From an uncultured virus (IMG/VR IMGVR_UViG_3300037470_000488) (Duplodnaviria > Heunggongvirae > Uroviricota > Caudoviricetes): 20,000 nt of DNA. The number at the start of each line of letters is the position of its first letter. The first letter of the stretch is position 1. The DNA lies in IMG/VR virus record IMGVR_UViG_3300037470_000488. One strand, 5' to 3'. The notes below the pieces were generated by a model that worked only from the letters and a program-made list of their open reading frames with translations, did not search any database and was not told the origin of the DNA. A program made the position numbers and the translations under genes. Of this stretch, positions 16,896-20,000 are shown piece after piece.

Positions 16896-17480
16896 GTGCC
16901 ACGCAAGACGCGCCCTTTGGCCGAAAGGTTCTGGGAGAAGGTCCGCAAGGGAGAAGGCTGCTGGGAGTGGACTGCGGCCACAGTCCAGGGCTATGGAGTG
17001 ATTCAGATGGGACGCGGCCTCGGCACAAAGCGGGCTCACATCCTGTCCTACGAACTCTCGATTGGCCCCGTGAACGGACGTTGGGTTCTACACAAGTGCG
17101 ACAACCCTCCCTGCGTTCGACCCGACCATCTCTTCCTCGGCGATGTTGGAGACAACAACCGGGACATGATGGCCAAGGGGCGCAGCTGGCAGCAAAAGAA
17201 GACTCGGTGCCCGCACGGCCATGAATACACAGAAGAGAACACGTACTACACAGAGGGTCGGCGCCGATGCCGAGAATGCAAGCGCATCAAGAGGCGCGTG
17301 AAGCGCACCGAAGAAGAGGCGCAGCAGATGCGCTTGAACATGGGAGCGCCCCGACGTAACCGGACACACTGTCCGCAGGGCCACCCATACGACGAGCAGA
17401 ACACCCGTCGGACATCGCAGGGGCACCGGGCCTGCCGGACATGTGAGCGGGAGTGCAGAAGCAGAAACCGCAACCGATGA
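16896..17480 (+). CDS. Free-standing HNH endonuclease with two Zn-binding repeats
   Basis: ERFWEKV…CWEW…GYG…AHILSYEL…VLHKCDNPPCVRPDHLFLG…NNRDM; two CPxGHxY…NT…RxCRxC repeats; GAGGAG RBS. Confidence 0.88.
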   Translation: MPRKTRPLAERFWEKVRKGEGCWEWTAATVQGYGVIQMGRGLGTKRAHILSYELSIGPVNGRWVLHKCDNPPCVRPDHLFLGDVGDNNRDMMAKGRSWQQKKTRCPHGHEYTEENTYYTEGRRRCRECKRIKRRVKRTEEEAQQMRLNMGAPRRNRTHCPQGHPYDEQNTRRTSQGHRACRTCERECRSRNRNR

Positions 17481-17524
17481 GCAGCGGCCGACCCGACCGA
17501 GGCGACGCCCGCCACCGCTGACCA

Positions 17525-17557
17525 CCGGAAGCCGCCGCCCCCGCCACCGGTGACAAT
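17525..17557 (+). promoter_or_regulatory. Putative late promoter motif, copy 3
   Basis: CCGGAA-N21-GACAAT-N6-ATG(17564). Confidence 0.6.
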
Positions 17558-17563
17558 CCGCCC

Positions 17564-19768
17564 ATGGGCACCAACGACCGGGCATCTGTAGCGGCACGCG
17601 CCGCCGCCCTCCTCGGCGCCCAACTCACCCCACGCTGGCAACCACAGCCCCACCAAATCCCACCCGACGGCAACTGGACGGGATGGCTGCTCATGGCCGG
17701 CCGAGGAGCCGGCAAGTCGAAAGCCTGCGCCGAGTACGTACGCCAGCACGTCAACGGCCCACCCTGCCTACCCGGCGCCGTCCCGCACTGGATCTCCATC
17801 ATCGCGCCCACCCTCGGCGACGGCGTCACCTCCATGTACGAAGGGCCCGGCGGCATCCGCAACGCCGACCCCGGCGCCCGCCTCGTCCAAGCACCCGGCG
17901 GAACCGTCAGCCGCTGGCCCAACGGCAGCCAGGCAAAGCTGTACGGATCACACACACCCGAGGACGTCGAACGCCTCCGGGCCGGCGGTAACTCGTGCGT
18001 CCGGGAAGGCACGCTCGTCCGCACCGAGGACGGGCCACGCCCCATCGAGGACATCCTTCCTGGCGACCGTGTCTGGACCCGCAACGGACTACGGCGTGTG
18101 CTGCACGTCTGGGACAACGGTGTGAAGCCGGTGCGGAGATACGAGCACCAGGCCGGGCATGTCTGGCTTACCCCGGACCATGAGGTATGGACCACAAACG
18201 GGTGGAAACAAGTCTCACTCGTCCAGAGGAACGATACTGTTTTCACATGGGGAAACACGGAGATTCCATCCAGTACGCCGGAGTTCACTGGATACCGAGG
18301 AAAGACGGCTACTACCAGAACAAACACCGAGGATTGCTGCACCGGTACGTGTGGGCTCAAGCACACGGGCCCATCCCAAAGGGGATGCACGTGCACCACA
18401 AGAACCACGTCAAGTCAGACAACCGGCTGGAGAACCTGGTACTCCTCCGCGCCGGTGAACACTGGGCCGAACACGACCACGAGCGCGGCGGCTCGAACTG
18501 GCACAGCAAGGGCGGCACGGGATCGTGGCTCACCGCTGAGTACCGGGAGTACACCTGCGAGCAGTGTGGGGAGCGGTTCAAGTCGCGGACCAGGGCCGTC
18601 GTTCCGAAGTGGTGCTCAGACAGATGTCGAGGCTTTGCGACCCGCGCTCGTTCACGAGAGGAGCGGGTGTGCTGCGTGTGCGGCTCACAGTTCACCTGCC
18701 TCAAGTTCAACCCCACCCGCACCTGTTCGCGCCGGTGCACTGCGACCTACGCCTACACGCGACGTGGCCAGGGTGTATGACCTGACGGTTGAGCACGATC
18801 ACGAGTTCTTCGCGGGTGACCTCCTCGTCGCGAACTGCCTCGCCGTCCTCGAAGAGTTCGCGACCTGGCGGTACATGGAGCAGACCTACGATCAGCTCCG
18901 CTTCGGCCTGCGCTCCGGGCCGCACCCGCACTGGATCGCCGCGACCACTCCGAAGCCGCGACCGCTGCTGAAGCGCATGCTCGCAGGAGAGATCCGCGGT
19001 GTCGTCCACACGCACGCCACGATGTACGACAACCCCCACCTCGAACAGACCGTCAAAGACGCCCTCGAAGAGACCTACGCCGGCACCGACATCGGCGCGC
19101 AGGAACTCCAGGGAAGGCTGATCGACGAGGCCGCTGACGCGCTGTGGACGCGCGCCACGTTGGAGGGAACCCGGGTACGGCCGGATGAGGTCCCGGACCT
19201 CACCCGAATCTGCGTGGGCGTCGACCCGTCCGGCGGTGCTGGCGAGCAGGGCATCGTCGTCGTCGGCAAGTCCGGGCTCGTGATCCCCGGCGACGGCGGA
19301 CGGCCGCAGCACCACGGCTACGTCCTCGACGACCGGTCATGCAGGCTGTCACCAGACCAGTGGGGGCGCCGCGCGGTGCAGGCCGCGATCGACTGGGAAG
19401 CCGACGAGATCGTGGCCGAGACAAACTACGGCGGCGCCATGTGCGTGGCCACGCTGCGCACCGCGGCCGAGGCGCTCGGCGTGGACATCCCCATCCGCAC
19501 GGTCACAGCGACGCGCGGCAAAGTCGTCCGCGCGCAGCCCGTCGCCGCACTCGCCGCGCAGGGCCGCTGGCACATGGCCGGAGTCTTCCCCGAGCTGGAG
19601 GACCAACTCGCGACCTGGTACCCCGAGCTGGGCTGGTCACCGGACCGGCTCGACGCAATGGTGTGGCCGGCATGGCAGATGAAGCTGGTGGGTACGGCAG
19701 CGCGGGGTCAGGGTTCGTTGGGTGGGGATCTGGCCAGAAAGCAGATCGTTGGCGGGCGGCTACGGTGA
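17564..19768 (+). CDS. terL: Terminase large subunit containing an intein (734-aa precursor, about 454 aa spliced)
   Basis: PHQ, LMAGRGAGKS (Walker A), LAVLEE (Walker B), ATTP, DNPHL, VGVDPS, AETNYGG, SPDRLDA. Confidence 0.92.
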   Translation: MGTNDRASVAARAAALLGAQLTPRWQPQPHQIPPDGNWTGWLLMAGRGAGKSKACAEYVRQHVNGPPCLPGAVPHWISIIAPTLGDGVTSMYEGPGGIRNADPGARLVQAPGGTVSRWPNGSQAKLYGSHTPEDVERLRAGGNSCVREGTLVRTEDGPRPIEDILPGDRVWTRNGLRRVLHVWDNGVKPVRRYEHQAGHVWLTPDHEVWTTNGWKQVSLVQRNDTVFTWGNTEIPSSTPEFTGYRGKTATTRTNTEDCCTGTCGLKHTGPSQRGCTCTTRTTSSQTTGWRTWYSSAPVNTGPNTTTSAAARTGTARAARDRGSPLSTGSTPASSVGSGSSRGPGPSFRSGAQTDVEALRPALVHERSGCAACAAHSSPASSSTPPAPVRAGALRPTPTRDVARVYDLTVEHDHEFFAGDLLVANCLAVLEEFATWRYMEQTYDQLRFGLRSGPHPHWIAATTPKPRPLLKRMLAGEIRGVVHTHATMYDNPHLEQTVKDALEETYAGTDIGAQELQGRLIDEAADALWTRATLEGTRVRPDEVPDLTRICVGVDPSGGAGEQGIVVVGKSGLVIPGDGGRPQHHGYVLDDRSCRLSPDQWGRRAVQAAIDWEADEIVAETNYGGAMCVATLRTAAEALGVDIPIRTVTATRGKVVRAQPVAALAAQGRWHMAGVFPELEDQLATWYPELGWSPDRLDAMVWPAWQMKLVGTAARGQGSLGGDLARKQIVGGRLR
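17996..18835 (+). mobile_element. Intein in terL (280 aa)
   Basis: Block A CVREGTLVRT; IEDILPGDRV; block B LTPDHEVWT; blocks F/G VYDLTVEHDHEFFAGDLLVAN; +1 Cys. Removal gives RLRAGGNS|CLAVLEE. Confidence 0.92.
18247..18780 (+). CDS. HNH homing endonuclease nested in an alternative frame within the intein (177 aa)
   Basis: DGYY…LLHRYVWAQAHGPIPKGMHVHHKNHVKSDNRLENLVLL plus two CxxC…CSxxC fingers; TACTGT 6 nt upstream of ATG 18247; alternative start 18187. Confidence 0.88.
   Translation: MGKHGDSIQYAGVHWIPRKDGYYQNKHRGLLHRYVWAQAHGPIPKGMHVHHKNHVKSDNRLENLVLLRAGEHWAEHDHERGGSNWHSKGGTGSWLTAEYREYTCEQCGERFKSRTRAVVPKWCSDRCRGFATRARSREERVCCVCGSQFTCLKFNPTRTCSRRCTATYAYTRRGQGV
19734..19766 (+). promoter_or_regulatory. 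Putative late promoter motif, copy 4
   Basis: CCAGAA-N21-TACGGT-N7-ATG(19774). Confidence 0.55.
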
Positions 19769-19773
19769 CGGGC

Positions 19774-20000
19774 ATGGAGACTTGGCTGCTGCTGCTCGTG
19801 ATGGCGCTCGCGGTGTACCGGCTCACGCGGCTCGTTGTGGCTGACACGTTTCCGCCGGTGTTGTGGTTGCGTGACCGGCTCGTCGGCGGCTGGCGCCCGT
19901 TGACGGAGAAGGAGCGGGAGCAGCAGGTGGCCGACGCCCGCGCGTGGGAGGACGAGGAGAAGCCTTGGACAAGCCGGTTTTCGGTTCAGATGATCGATGA
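19774..20000 (+). CDS. DUF1360-like membrane protein (3' truncated by window)
   Basis: METWLLLLVMALAVYRLTRLVVADTFPP…; frame open to window end. Confidence 0.7.
   Translation, partial: METWLLLLVMALAVYRLTRLVVADTFPPVLWLRDRLVGGWRPLTEKEREQQVADARAWEDEEKPWTSRFSVQMID

Noticed and set aside
17477..17521. Upstream in-frame ATG for terL overlapping the HNH stop
   Set aside because: Hits TGA after 14 codons; ATG 17564 fits the promoter motif.
17996..18835. Group I intron explanation for the terL insertion
   Set aside because: Insertion is in-frame, stop-free and bounded by protein-splicing motifs (Cys1, TxxH, terminal Asn, +1 Cys).
1..20000. tRNA, rRNA, integrase, att sites, transposases
   Set aside because: None recognisable by eye; tRNAscan-SE and the flanking sequence would be needed to exclude them.

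Overview
High-GC actinomycete (Streptomyces-like) temperate phage/prophage segment running from the accessory arm into the start of the packaging module. Left to right: small phage ORFs; an AlpA/Xis-like HTH gene divergent from a plasmid-type transfer operon (micro-ORFs, an SpdB-like membrane protein carrying clt-like DNA repeats, a TraB/FtsK translocase); a second divergent HTH switch with hypothetical genes, a cupin and a membrane-anchored protein; a putative small terminase; an 8-gene glycosylation cluster (RmlB, second SDR, 3 glycosyltransferases, methyltransferase, plus small hypotheticals making 9 ORFs in all); a free-standing HNH; and a large terminase. Standout observations: (1) the terminase contains a 280-aa intein whose HNH endonuclease is a separate ORF in another reading frame inside the intein; (2) a conjugation module sits inside a phage; (3) a CCRGAA-N21-NACNNT-N6/7-ATG leaderless promoter-like motif precedes four late genes; (4) the glycosylation cluster separates terS from terL. 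All family calls come from motif recognition by eye, not database searches.
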